A stretch of DNA of 64,000 bases. Origin: Candidatus Heimdallarchaeota archaeon. Lineage in GTDB: Archaea; Asgardarchaeota; Heimdallarchaeia; JABLTI01. Shown in pieces: positions 37,389 to 47,327 of the stretch. The position numbers and the translations under genes are program-made. The DNA is taken from positions 64,001 to 128,000 of the forward strand of contig JABCTZ010000032.1 of assembly GCA_018238155.1 (NCBI GenBank). Reading direction: 5' to 3'. Within the stretch, counting starts at the first letter, position 1. Each line of letters starts with the position of its first letter. The notes beneath the pieces were generated by a model that was not told the DNA's origin, searched no databases, and worked only from the letters and a program-made list of their open reading frames with translations.

Positions 37389-38249
37389 ATGAGAGATGCT
37401 GCTATTACTCACAATGTTGGTGTTTGCACACCAAATAATGCTAAAATAGTTAAAATTACAGAGCTTACGCATAACACTAAACTCTTCGAGGTACAACTTG
37501 AAGATGAACATAGTAATAATTTCTTTGATTATAGCCCTGGTCAATTTGTATTGATAACTGTTTTCGGTGTCGGGGAAATTCCTATTGGTCTTACATCTTC
37601 ACCAACAAAACGTGGCTCATTTGAATTGGGTATTCGGAAAGTTGGTAATGTTACCAATAAAATTCACCAGATGAAAGTTGGTGATATTGTTGGTATACGA
37701 GGACCTTTTGGTAAGGGATTTCCAGTTGAAGAAAATAAACATAAAGATTTGTTGTTTGTTTGCGGCGGAACTGGTTATTTTCCAATTAGATCTACATTTA
37801 AATATGCAATAAACAAAAGGGAAAATTATGGTAAGATGACATTTCTTTATGGTGATCGGTGCCCAACTGATGTGCTATTTCCCGAAGAAAATGATGCTTA
37901 TAAAGAAAGGGATGACATACTCTTCCATCAATCTGTTGATAGAGATGATGATAAATGTTGGGATGGAAATGTTGGAGTTGTAACAACTCTCTTTCCAAAC
38001 ATTGCGAAAGAAGTTGATCCAGCAAATACTATCGTTTTTGTTGCTGGTCCGGCAATAATGTACAAATATGTAATCATTGAATTAGAGAAACTTGGAATCA
38101 AAAGTGAGAACATATTCCTTTCACTTGAAAGGAGAATGAAATGTGGTATAGGAAAATGTTGTCATTGTGGAATAGGTGATAAATTCGCCTGTTTGGATGG
38201 ACCTGTTTTCTCTTTAGATCAAATAAGAGGACTTTTGGAGGCACTATAA
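37389..38249 (+). CDS. hydG: Sulfhydrogenase gamma subunit (FAD/NAD(P), 2Fe-2S)
   Basis: PGQF, GEIPI, RGPFGKGF, GGTG, ERRMKCGIGKCCHC, CLDGPVF. Confidence 0.93.
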   Translation: MRDAAITHNVGVCTPNNAKIVKITELTHNTKLFEVQLEDEHSNNFFDYSPGQFVLITVFGVGEIPIGLTSSPTKRGSFELGIRKVGNVTNKIHQMKVGDIVGIRGPFGKGFPVEENKHKDLLFVCGGTGYFPIRSTFKYAINKRENYGKMTFLYGDRCPTDVLFPEENDAYKERDDILFHQSVDRDDDKCWDGNVGVVTTLFPNIAKEVDPANTIVFVAGPAIMYKYVIIELEKLGIKSENIFLSLERRMKCGIGKCCHCGIGDKFACLDGPVFSLDQIRGLLEAL

Positions 38250-38250
38250 A

Positions 38251-39060
38251 ATGGCAAGTAAACCGCAGGTTGGAATTGTTGGCTTCACAGGTTGTGCTGG
38301 TTGTCAATTAAGTATTCTAGATCTGGAAAACGAACTCTTAGATCTTCTTGGACTTGTAGACATTATTGATTTCAGAATGGCTATGAGTGGCAATAAGAAA
38401 GGACCATATGATATCCTCTTTGTTGAAGGTAGCATAGTAAATAAACATCAAGAAGAAGAGCTCAAAGAGCTTCGCAAAAAGGCTAAGGTACTGGTTGCTA
38501 TTGGTTCTTGCGCTTCATTTGGTGGAATACAAGCAATAAGGAGTTATCGAGATAACGAGAAAATCAAAATTGCTCAATACGGTAAAGAAAACATTGACAA
38601 AGTAGAGGTAATAAAAGTCAAACCTATAAACAAAGTTGTGAAGGTTGATCATTATCTTTTAGAGTGTCCTGTAAACAAATACGAATTCTTAGAATTTGTC
38701 AAATATTATCTTGTTGGTGGAACTCCTACATTACCAAATTATCCTGTTTGTCAACAATGTAAAGCAAATGGAAATCGATGTATCTTTCTTGAAGATGGTA
38801 TAATGTGTATGGGTCCAATTATTCAAGCTGGTTGTAATGCACTATGCCCCAGTTATGGAATGCCCTGTGATGGTTGTAGAGGTTCAACATTAGAAGCAGC
38901 TTATGACCAGCAAGTACAATTGATGATAGAAAAAGGAGCATCAGTTGAAGACATCACTCGTTATATTTTGAAATATAATGGTGAAGACAAACAAGTACAT
39001 GACTTCCTAATGGAGAAATGGAAGGAGCAAGATAAAAAATTAGTGTACCAAGAGGATTAA
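38251..39060 (+). CDS. hydD: Sulfhydrogenase delta (small) subunit
   Basis: GCAGC, VEGS, GSCA..GG, CP, CxxC...C...CMGP...GC.A.CP...C.GC.G. Confidence 0.93.
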   Translation: MASKPQVGIVGFTGCAGCQLSILDLENELLDLLGLVDIIDFRMAMSGNKKGPYDILFVEGSIVNKHQEEELKELRKKAKVLVAIGSCASFGGIQAIRSYRDNEKIKIAQYGKENIDKVEVIKVKPINKVVKVDHYLLECPVNKYEFLEFVKYYLVGGTPTLPNYPVCQQCKANGNRCIFLEDGIMCMGPIIQAGCNALCPSYGMPCDGCRGSTLEAAYDQQVQLMIEKGASVEDITRYILKYNGEDKQVHDFLMEKWKEQDKKLVYQED

Positions 39061-39064
39061 CAAG

Positions 39065-40378
39065 GTGGTAAGAAAAATGACATCAAAATCGTATCATATA
39101 AAACATATTTGTAGAGTAGAAGGTCATGGTAACCTCCTCGTTGAAATGGAAGGAGATGAAGTTAATCATGCTGAAATGCAAATTATTGAAGGAGCTCGCT
39201 TCTTCGAAGGAATTGCAGTTGGCAGAAAATATGATGAAGCAATTAACATCATGTCCCGAATATGTGCTATTTGTAGTACTTCCCATCAATTATCAGCTGT
39301 TGGTGCATTAGAAAGAAGTGTTGGAATTGAACCTAGCAAACAAGTGCATGATTTCCGTGTTCTTTTAGATCATGGTGAAAATCTTCAATCTCATATTTTA
39401 CATGTGGGAATGTTGGCTTTGCCCGACTTTTTAGGATTTGATGGAGCCATACAAATGGTACCCAAATATCCAAATGAAGTTAAAATGGTTTTATCTATGA
39501 AACGCACCGCAAACGATTTACAAACACTTATCGGTGGTCGTGAAATCCATCCTGTGAACATCAAACCTGGAGGATTTGGAGCTTATCCCACAACAAATCA
39601 ACTTAAAGAAATGAAAGAAAAACTTGTTGTGTTTAAACAGAACACTCAAGCTTTTGCTGACCTTCTTGCAACATTGAAGATGCCTGAATTTGAGAATAAA
39701 ACCGAGCAAGTAGCTGTATATGATGGAAAAAGCTATCCTTTCACTTTAGGAGATCATAAATGCCTCTTAAGTGGGAAAATTGTGAAACCCGAAGATTATA
39801 AGAAGAACTTCTTCAAAGAGGAAGTTAGAGGTTATTCTTCAGCTAAATTCTCAACCATTAATGATGGTGAAATATATTATGTTTCACCACTCGCTCGAGT
39901 AAACATTAACAACAAATTCTTGACAGATGATGCAAAGAAAGTATTAGCTCAATTTGATATGAAGATTCCAAATTTCAACCCATTCAATAATAATGTTGCT
40001 CGGGTTATCGAGCTAATGCATTGTGTTGATGAAGCAATTGAAATTACTGACAAGTATATAGAGAAACCACCCAAGGATGACAATAAAGAATTTACAATCA
40101 AAGCTGGAACAGGTTCTCTTGCTACAGAAGCTCCTAGAGGATTATTGAATCATTCTTATGATGTTGATAAAAATGGTATCATTAAACGAGCCGATGTAAT
40201 TACTCCAACAGCACACAACTTGAATAAAATCGAGGATGATGCCAAGAAATTTGGTTCATTGATAGCAGACAAAACAGATGAAGAAGCTGAATTATTGCTT
40301 AATATGTTGGTTCGTTCATATGATCCTTGTATTTCTTGTTCAGCACATGCGATTAGAATTGATTTACAAAGAAAATAA
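39065..40378 (+). CDS. hydA: Sulfhydrogenase alpha (large NiFe) subunit
   Basis: RVEGHG, RFFE, L1 RICAIC, GGREIHP, EAPRG, TPTA, L2 DPCISCSAH with short cleavable tail. Confidence 0.96.
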   Translation: MVRKMTSKSYHIKHICRVEGHGNLLVEMEGDEVNHAEMQIIEGARFFEGIAVGRKYDEAINIMSRICAICSTSHQLSAVGALERSVGIEPSKQVHDFRVLLDHGENLQSHILHVGMLALPDFLGFDGAIQMVPKYPNEVKMVLSMKRTANDLQTLIGGREIHPVNIKPGGFGAYPTTNQLKEMKEKLVVFKQNTQAFADLLATLKMPEFENKTEQVAVYDGKSYPFTLGDHKCLLSGKIVKPEDYKKNFFKEEVRGYSSAKFSTINDGEIYYVSPLARVNINNKFLTDDAKKVLAQFDMKIPNFNPFNNNVARVIELMHCVDEAIEITDKYIEKPPKDDNKEFTIKAGTGSLATEAPRGLLNHSYDVDKNGIIKRADVITPTAHNLNKIEDDAKKFGSLIADKTDEEAELLLNMLVRSYDPCISCSAHAIRIDLQRK

Positions 40379-40391
40379 CTTGGCTAATATT

Positions 40392-40430
40392 GGCGATCTT
40401 TATTGATCGCCCTCTCTTTCCTTTTTCTTT
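40392..40430 (+). terminator. Hairpin terminator of the hydrogenase operon
   Basis: GGCGATC-tttatt-GATCGCC followed by a pyrimidine tract. Confidence 0.7.
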
Positions 40431-40538
40431 ATACAGTTTTTGTTATTTATAGAAAAAAGTTAATCTAGAAGAAATGTTTATGAGTCTAACTTCTCACTCT
40501 TTAAAAGAGTATTATAAAAAAGCAAAGAACAGAAAGAA

Positions 40539-43010
40539 ATGGTGCAAATTTCAATGGCATTCTCGGATATCTTTAATTTTAGCTTATGGTTTGATGCTGA
40601 TCACTATCAGTATACTTTGGGTTACATTTTGGCAATTCTATGTGGAATAATTATGTTAACAGAACTGTACACTATTATCACTCAAAAAACTGAACCCGAT
40701 TTATTGATGTTATTATTGGGTGGAGTTATTGGTGGTGTCGTTCAAGGATTAACTGGTGATTTATTATTATCTATTCTTTCAGCATTGTGTTGGTTAATGA
40801 TATTTTCAGTTTACACAATTCGCGAAAGCCCTGTCTGGCGTGAACTCATGCTTGCTTCGTTGATATCATATCTTGTAGTTTTAGGTGGAAGAATAATCCA
40901 AATTGTTTTAGAATGGCATGCAAGAGTAATTCTGAATTTTACAACACCAGAAGAAGTGCCATATTGGGGTTTAACCGGTCAACAGTGGTTTGGCATTGCT
41001 TGGAATGTTTTTATTTATGTTTTCTTTTTACTCTGCATCATATTCTTCGGAAGAAGATTCTTCCTCGTTTCTCGTTTAACTTCTCCACAAATTATCTATT
41101 TGATGTTCTTTGCATTATCTTATCTGGTTCTTTACAACTTTACAGATTTTCTCAATGTAACATACCCTGGTGTGCCGGAAGCTATTGGCGAACGGGTTCT
41201 TTTCGCATCATTTGGAACATATGAAATAATGATAGTTGTGAATTTTCTCTTGTATCTTGTTTCTGGACCTCTCCTAAATTTCGTTTTTGGTGTTAAAAAA
41301 GTTGAAGATAAACGTGTGTTAGGTCTAGTTCAGGAAGTAAAAGAAAAATTAGGGATAAAAAGTAAAATTCGTGTTGGAAAAGTAAAAGCACCTATACTTA
41401 ATGCCTTTGCTTTTGGAGCATTTTTTGATAAAAGAATTGCTTTTATGTCTCGAGACCTTTCAGATTTCACTGATGATGATATTCGAGGGATAGCAGGTCA
41501 TGAGCTTGTACATGCACAAAGAGTTCATACTCTTTGGTTATTTCTACTTACAACAGTGACATTTGCAATTACTAAAGCACTAAAACTTCCTGCAACAACG
41601 CTCGATTATATCTTCGATCCAAATGTAGGATTAGATTTTCTATGGTATTATCTGTACAATATTGTAATACTTGTGTTCTCATACCTATTTGTACGAATAT
41701 TGGAAGGTAGAGCCGATCTCCTTACAATGAGAGCCGGTTACGGAAAAGCTTTAGCAAAGTCTCTTGTGAAATTGGATGGATTCTATCAAGGAATTGCCAG
41801 TGAAATGGGTTTAAGTGTATACCTCTTAACTGATAAGGAGCAAACGAAAGCTGAAAAAATCAGATTCTTAGGTGATGCAGGTCGAAATATGTATGATATT
41901 ACAATTAAACCAAATAAGATGGACTTGCTAATCAACCTAATGGCAAGTCATCCTAAATCTGCTTACAGAGTTGTTGCTTTAACAGATCAAGAAAAATTAC
42001 CTCCAGTAAAAGCTGCTATGTTACCATTATTATTGTTAATACCATTTGTAAGAAGAAAATTCTTGAAGGAACTTCAAGAATCTAGAAGCGGTATTGCAGA
42101 ATTAATTGATCAAGCATTCATCGAAGCTTATGGTAAAAAAGCACCAAAACAATATGATGAAGTATCACACAAAACGTATCAATATAAATTCATTAAAGGG
42201 AAAAACATTGTAGCAGTTTCAAAGTTAAATAAAAAAGACTATCTTCAAGGTAAAGTTGTGAAATTAAAAATTTCATCAAACATTACAACATTGGTCGTTT
42301 TAGAAATTTCCACTGCTGAAGGTAAGAAGGAGATTACTCTAAGTGATTATAATATCTTTGAAATGGAAGAAGGACAAAAACAACTTTTCAAAGATGGTAA
42401 ATTTGGTATCATTAAACAATTAGGAACAGGTGAGAAAAATTTTGCTTTCAAAGCTCAAATGCTTGGAGACGAGAGTGAAATAAAGGAAATGTCTGTTTCA
42501 GGTGTACCAATTGACTATTTTGAAAATATGATTGGTAAAGATGTTCTGTTCCTTCAAAAAGGCGTTACAAGATCTGCTCGATTGGATAATATTGAATTTT
42601 CAGATGAAGGTTTAGCTGAAAGTAATTTTACTATTTCCATAGGCAATGAAACGAAAGTTATAAGCGGAAAAAGCTTCATCATAGAATTCAAACCTTTTGC
42701 GGTTTACCTAAAGAAAGGAAAAGCAAAACAACAAAGGTCAATGTTTGACTCCCTCAAAGGAAAGCAAATTTCATTTCAAACAAAAGATGATCTCGATACT
42801 TTGCTGAAAGGTAAATTAGTTGAAGTAAAAGAAGATTCTGTTATGGTTAAAACCATTAATGAAACACAAGAAGTTTTTATTGAGAGAATTGAATTCATCT
42901 ATTCTTACGAGGATACTATGCTCTTGATATACAAACCAAATCTATCTTTTGTAGAAAGGATAATGATGTTTTTCCAAAATAGAAAGAAATTGGCTTATAT
43001 AATTTCTTAA
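40539..43010 (+). CDS. M48 (HtpX/Ste24-like) membrane Zn metalloprotease with extra N-terminal TMs and C-terminal beta-rich repeats
   Basis: ILNAFAFG, GHELVH, EGRADL, LAKSLVKL, SHP...RV. Confidence 0.85.
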   Translation: MVQISMAFSDIFNFSLWFDADHYQYTLGYILAILCGIIMLTELYTIITQKTEPDLLMLLLGGVIGGVVQGLTGDLLLSILSALCWLMIFSVYTIRESPVWRELMLASLISYLVVLGGRIIQIVLEWHARVILNFTTPEEVPYWGLTGQQWFGIAWNVFIYVFFLLCIIFFGRRFFLVSRLTSPQIIYLMFFALSYLVLYNFTDFLNVTYPGVPEAIGERVLFASFGTYEIMIVVNFLLYLVSGPLLNFVFGVKKVEDKRVLGLVQEVKEKLGIKSKIRVGKVKAPILNAFAFGAFFDKRIAFMSRDLSDFTDDDIRGIAGHELVHAQRVHTLWLFLLTTVTFAITKALKLPATTLDYIFDPNVGLDFLWYYLYNIVILVFSYLFVRILEGRADLLTMRAGYGKALAKSLVKLDGFYQGIASEMGLSVYLLTDKEQTKAEKIRFLGDAGRNMYDITIKPNKMDLLINLMASHPKSAYRVVALTDQEKLPPVKAAMLPLLLLIPFVRRKFLKELQESRSGIAELIDQAFIEAYGKKAPKQYDEVSHKTYQYKFIKGKNIVAVSKLNKKDYLQGKVVKLKISSNITTLVVLEISTAEGKKEITLSDYNIFEMEEGQKQLFKDGKFGIIKQLGTGEKNFAFKAQMLGDESEIKEMSVSGVPIDYFENMIGKDVLFLQKGVTRSARLDNIEFSDEGLAESNFTISIGNETKVISGKSFIIEFKPFAVYLKKGKAKQQRSMFDSLKGKQISFQTKDDLDTLLKGKLVEVKEDSVMVKTINETQEVFIERIEFIYSYEDTMLLIYKPNLSFVERIMMFFQNRKKLAYIIS

Positions 43011-43025
43011 TATTACTTAAAGAAA

Positions 43026-43061
43026 AACTTGGGAATTATTTCCCAGGTTCTTTCATTTTTT
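43026..43061 (+). terminator. Hairpin plus T-tract
   Basis: AACTTGGGAA-ttat-TTCCCAGGTT (one U-G pair) followed by ctttcatttttt. Confidence 0.65.
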
Positions 43062-43098
43062 ACCTGATAGAAAAAATTATTGCTTAAGAAAATTATTT

Positions 43099-46023
43099 TC
43101 ATTTGAGAAGATTTTCAGCTATTTTTCTCTTCCATTGAGTGGGTATTTTTTGCCCAAATAACTTGTTTAGTGCTCTGTTTGCTTCAAATAGGAATAATTT
43201 TGCTTCCTCAAGCGTTGGTATATATGGTAATTCGCCTGGTTTTGTGTGTTTAATTTTCTGTGCCCAGAATCTATTCAAACTCTTTAGTTCAACATTGGCT
43301 GGCAAAGATATTTTTGAAGTATCGGCGGCTCGTAGAATTTTGCCTAATTCCTTAGATTCTACAACATCTTGGAAGCGAGGTAATTTCTCAATATCTGATA
43401 TTTCTTGAATTTCAAGAAGCAATTTCTGTTTTAAAATAGATTCTACTACACTACCGATATCAAAAACAACTCTTCGAGTATCGCCTTTAGAGATATCTTC
43501 CACACTAGTTACTATCATTTCTTTCAATTGATCTGGTAAATTTTTCATACTGAGGAAAAGATCTTTTGTGAAAAATGTACCTTCAAGTTGATTTGTTTGT
43601 ATTAATTTTTCAATTAATATTCGAATCTCTTCTTTATCTTTAATTGTATATTCCTTAGCAAATTTTTCTAGATTTATACTACCTGCATTAGTTATTATTC
43701 TAGCAAGTAAGTCAAATACTACAAAATTATCTTCGTTTATGAATTCTCCCTTTACATACCCTTCTTCAGAAATCTTCTCAAAAATAATTCTAGTACTTTC
43801 CTCTGTAGTGTCATAAGATTTAGAGATTTCTTTTAATGATATTATCGGTGTTCTTTCTGCAACTTCAACCATTTCAGAAATTAAGTCTTCGGAAATTGAT
43901 AATAGCAATGAAGATCTATCCATATGTATTGGTGCAGGAATTTCTTTCCGCTCAACAAGATCTTTAAGAATCAATTTTAATGTTTTAATTTCAATATTAG
44001 TATCTTCTGCAAGGTTAGCCACTTTAACTTGTTTAATCTTCTTTAGATGCATTGCTCCTACTCTTTTCCAATAGGCTTGTCTAACTATTTCGCGTGCATA
44101 ATCTTTTGTAAGAATGAAATTCTTTGATTTATCCATAACATATCTATCATTAAGTAAAGGAATTGACTCAATGTAAGTAATTAACCGTTCCTCTGATAAC
44201 CATAACAATGAGATAATATCAGAAACTTTTGCTTTTTGTGTAGTTTTACTGGACTTTGATAGTTGTCTTCGAATTGTACTATCAATTATATTTGCTAAAT
44301 CATCATTGACTTCATGAAGTTTCTCTAATCGATTTCCAAAATCAGATTTTTCTTCTCGGAGTTTAGTTAGTACTTTTGTTTTTGATTTTTGGTCTTCTTC
44401 CAATCGATGGATTGTTTCAAGATCCTTTGCTCTCTTCGAATCTTTTTGAATTAGCTCTTCTCGATGAGTATTAATAGTTTCATCTCTAACTTTCAAAGCA
44501 TACTTGAGCGCTTTAACAGTTTCACCTTTTTCTTCATTACTAAAATATTTATCAAGTCTATTAGAAACCCAAGGAATTCTTTTTTCGGTAAAGAAATACA
44601 GAACAAATATTAGAATTATTATCATGAATATTGGTACTAAAACTGCTGAAATAATGGTTGGTATTAATTTATCCAATTCTATAATGGGAGTTGTTATTTG
44701 AGGGTTTATTAGTTGTACTCCAACTAATAATTGATAGTCTCCTTCTGCAAAATCATCTTCATCATAGTCACCAATAAAAGTGATAGAGATATAATAGGTA
44801 CCATTTTTTATCTCAATGAATGGAATTTTTTCTGCAGCACCATTGAGCACTCGTTTAGATTCGTCGATTTTAGTTTTTTCAGAGTCAAAGAGAGTTAAAT
44901 CAAAATTATGATCCTCTGGAACTTCGAGGAAAGCATAGAAGGTAGATGCACCAAAGACTGAGAAGGTGTAAAAGTCAATTTGGTCACCATTCCAAAATAA
45001 ACTACCATTAATTTCAATACTTGACAGAGGAGTAATAAATTCGGCTTCCTCTGCGGAATTACCAGCATCAATGCCATTGTTAGCATCATTTTGTGAATCT
45101 AATATAATTGATAAATTATAAGAAATAATATCAAAAAGATTAAGTGTGTCTATTAATTGTATTCCAATTTTGTATTCTCCTTCTAGAGAAATTGCCCAAG
45201 ATATTTTATCAATGAAACCTGATGTGTGTGTGGATTTACTAAGTTCTTGATTATTAATATCATAGAGAAAAACATCTACATTTGAAGTGTTTAATGATTC
45301 AAGAAGAACCGTGATTTTTTGTCCAGAAGTTATGGAAATCGAATAGAAATCAGAAGTATCACTGCCTTCAACAAGTGTCCCATTTGAAACTCCTTGAGTT
45401 ATAAGTAATGGAGAGCTTAAGTGAGCTGGCGCATCATGATTTGAATTAAAATCATTTTGTGTGATGAAGTACAACGAAAAACTATAGTTGCCAACTTGAT
45501 CGAAACTGGCCGGAATTATTGAAATCGAATAATTATCTGCTGATGCAGTGGAATAGAAAATAGTTTCTTTTATTCCTGCTCCTTTGAGGTTTTGAGGGAG
45601 CGGAACAAAATTACCATCGTATAATTTCAAATCGAAATTCATTGAGAGATTTAGTGGAATCATAGACACATCGATTATTGAACCTGCCTCTACTTCAAAA
45701 GTATAATAATCCTCATCACTAGTAACAAGTGATCCATTATAATCTCCAATAGTTATTGGAGTAGCAAGCGGAAGAGAATTGCCAGCATCTCCACCTGTGC
45801 TAGCATCATCTTCATCCCAATTTGGCGTTAGCAAACTTTCTCTAAAAGTAATAGATTTTAGTGAAATTGAATCAGATATTTTTGTATAGTCTTCATTGAA
45901 ATTATTGTCTTGAATACCAATTACACTAAGAGATAATACTGAAATAACAAAAATTATTACTACAAGTTTTATAATATTTTTATTTCTCAATTTGGGTGAC
46001 TCACGACATCTTTCTGATTTCAA
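43099..46023 (-). CDS. Single-pass receptor-like protein: three PPC-like extracellular repeats, TM, coiled coil, tandem PCI/winged helices, degenerate HEPN-like C-terminus
   Basis: Repeats (N/D)D(A/F)xxxxDA...G.L....D.D.Y...(N)FDL.L(Y/F)D; TM IISAVLVPIFMIIILIFVLYFF; three ISLxExxxxxxxxxExxxxIxxxxxxxGxxxG-like units; start may be TTG 45990. Confidence 0.7.
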   Translation of the reverse strand: MKSERCRESPKLRNKNIIKLVVIIFVISVLSLSVIGIQDNNFNEDYTKISDSISLKSITFRESLLTPNWDEDDASTGGDAGNSLPLATPITIGDYNGSLVTSDEDYYTFEVEAGSIIDVSMIPLNLSMNFDLKLYDGNFVPLPQNLKGAGIKETIFYSTASADNYSISIIPASFDQVGNYSFSLYFITQNDFNSNHDAPAHLSSPLLITQGVSNGTLVEGSDTSDFYSISITSGQKITVLLESLNTSNVDVFLYDINNQELSKSTHTSGFIDKISWAISLEGEYKIGIQLIDTLNLFDIISYNLSIILDSQNDANNGIDAGNSAEEAEFITPLSSIEINGSLFWNGDQIDFYTFSVFGASTFYAFLEVPEDHNFDLTLFDSEKTKIDESKRVLNGAAEKIPFIEIKNGTYYISITFIGDYDEDDFAEGDYQLLVGVQLINPQITTPIIELDKLIPTIISAVLVPIFMIIILIFVLYFFTEKRIPWVSNRLDKYFSNEEKGETVKALKYALKVRDETINTHREELIQKDSKRAKDLETIHRLEEDQKSKTKVLTKLREEKSDFGNRLEKLHEVNDDLANIIDSTIRRQLSKSSKTTQKAKVSDIISLLWLSEERLITYIESIPLLNDRYVMDKSKNFILTKDYAREIVRQAYWKRVGAMHLKKIKQVKVANLAEDTNIEIKTLKLILKDLVERKEIPAPIHMDRSSLLLSISEDLISEMVEVAERTPIISLKEISKSYDTTEESTRIIFEKISEEGYVKGEFINEDNFVVFDLLARIITNAGSINLEKFAKEYTIKDKEEIRILIEKLIQTNQLEGTFFTKDLFLSMKNLPDQLKEMIVTSVEDISKGDTRRVVFDIGSVVESILKQKLLLEIQEISDIEKLPRFQDVVESKELGKILRAADTSKISLPANVELKSLNRFWAQKIKHTKPGELPYIPTLEEAKLFLFEANRALNKLFGQKIPTQWKRKIAENLLK

Positions 46024-46261
46024 AAACTAACTTTTTCTCTCTTCTTTTATAAGCTTAAAGAATTACTTTTAAATGCTTGTTGTGACTCTGTAAAGTACAA
46101 TACTTCATAATATACGTTATGGTACAATGATATTTTGTTATAAAAGGATAAAAATTTATCTTACTAAAAGTGAAATTAGAAATATACTACAAAATAACAA
46201 ACCAAAAAAACTTTAATGCTGAAGTTAAGTAAATAAACAAAAAATGAAAGAGTGAATAAAA

Positions 46262-46687
46262 ATGTCTACACGCCCAACAGATGCAAATTCCATCAAAAGA
46301 GGTAGTTATATTATTGTTGATGATGAACCTTGTGTGGTCTTAGATTTGAGCCATTCTAAAACAGGTAAACATGGTCACGCGAAGATAAGAATGGAAGTTA
46401 TTGGTTTATTTGACAAGAAGAAACGATCACCAGTTATGCCTTCTACACATAAAGTTCAAGTACCAATAATTGATAAACGAAATGCTCAAGTAATTACAAC
46501 TGAAGGTGATGAAATATCTGTAATGGACAAAGAATCATTTGAAACATTATCCATTCCAAAACCTTCACAAGATGAGCATATTGCTAAACTAAAAGAAATT
46601 ACCTCTGCAGGTAAAATAGCTGAAATAGAATATTGGATAGTTATGAATAGATTTCTAGTTAATAGAGTACGAGAAATAGAATTATAG
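46262..46687 (+). CDS. eif5a: Translation factor aIF5A
   Basis: DEPC, SKTGKHGHAK hypusine loop, VPIIDKR.AQ. Confidence 0.97.
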   Translation: MSTRPTDANSIKRGSYIIVDDEPCVVLDLSHSKTGKHGHAKIRMEVIGLFDKKKRSPVMPSTHKVQVPIIDKRNAQVITTEGDEISVMDKESFETLSIPKPSQDEHIAKLKEITSAGKIAEIEYWIVMNRFLVNRVREIEL

Positions 46688-46693
46688 TAAAAG

Positions 46694-46730
46694 TAGGTCG
46701 AAGAATCGACCTATCTGTTACTTCTTTTTT
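46694..46730. terminator. Hairpin between convergent genes
   Basis: TAGGTCGA-agaa-TCGACCTA, perfect 8 bp stem, then cttcttttttt. Confidence 0.65.
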
Positions 46731-47185
46731 TATTTAATGTTATTTATCTCAACTTTAATAACATTTGGAATTTCTTCAAGTTCGGAAATAACATTTTCCC
46801 TAGATAACTTAATTGATGATTTCATGACTAATCCATCCCAGAAGCAATCTGATTTTGCAATACAAACACCTGTTGAATAGATAATTTCAGAAACAATTTT
46901 ATTTAGCTTTGCTAATATTTTTCCACTTGTTTGTGGACTCACGCTATCAATTACTATTTTAATCCACCAAATTTCCTCATCATTCACAGGGAAAAAACGC
47001 AACATTCTACTTTTCTTAGAATAAACTGTTAAGAAAACATCTCCTGATTTTTTCAAGTCATTGCGTACGGCTTTAGGCAGTATTACTGAGTCACTCGCTA
47101 CATCAATTTTAACTTTATTACATTCAATAATATTCACTGTGATTCCTCGCTTCTTTTGCATTCCTTTAATTTGACCATTAGTCAA
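46730..47185 (-). CDS. Hypothetical protein, AbrB-like N-part plus ACT-like C-part
   Basis: VILPKAVRNDL; IKIVID..SP....KI...L...ELEEIPNVIKVEI. Confidence 0.5.
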   Translation of the reverse strand: MTNGQIKGMQKKRGITVNIIECNKVKIDVASDSVILPKAVRNDLKKSGDVFLTVYSKKSRMLRFFPVNDEEIWWIKIVIDSVSPQTSGKILAKLNKIVSEIIYSTGVCIAKSDCFWDGLVMKSSIKLSRENVISELEEIPNVIKVEINNIK

Positions 47186-47327
47186 TATTTTAATAAAATA
47201 CTGATTGAGGTAATAACTGTTATGATTAAGGAATTTCCTTTATAAAAATAGTATTAACTATCCACAAAAGCAAAATTAAATAATGAATCCATATAATGTG
47301 TAATATAGATTACATGGATGTTAAAAT

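Noticed and set aside
36320-40378. Selenocysteine recoding in the hydrogenase
   Set aside because: All ligands are Cys codons (DPCISC); no in-frame TGA
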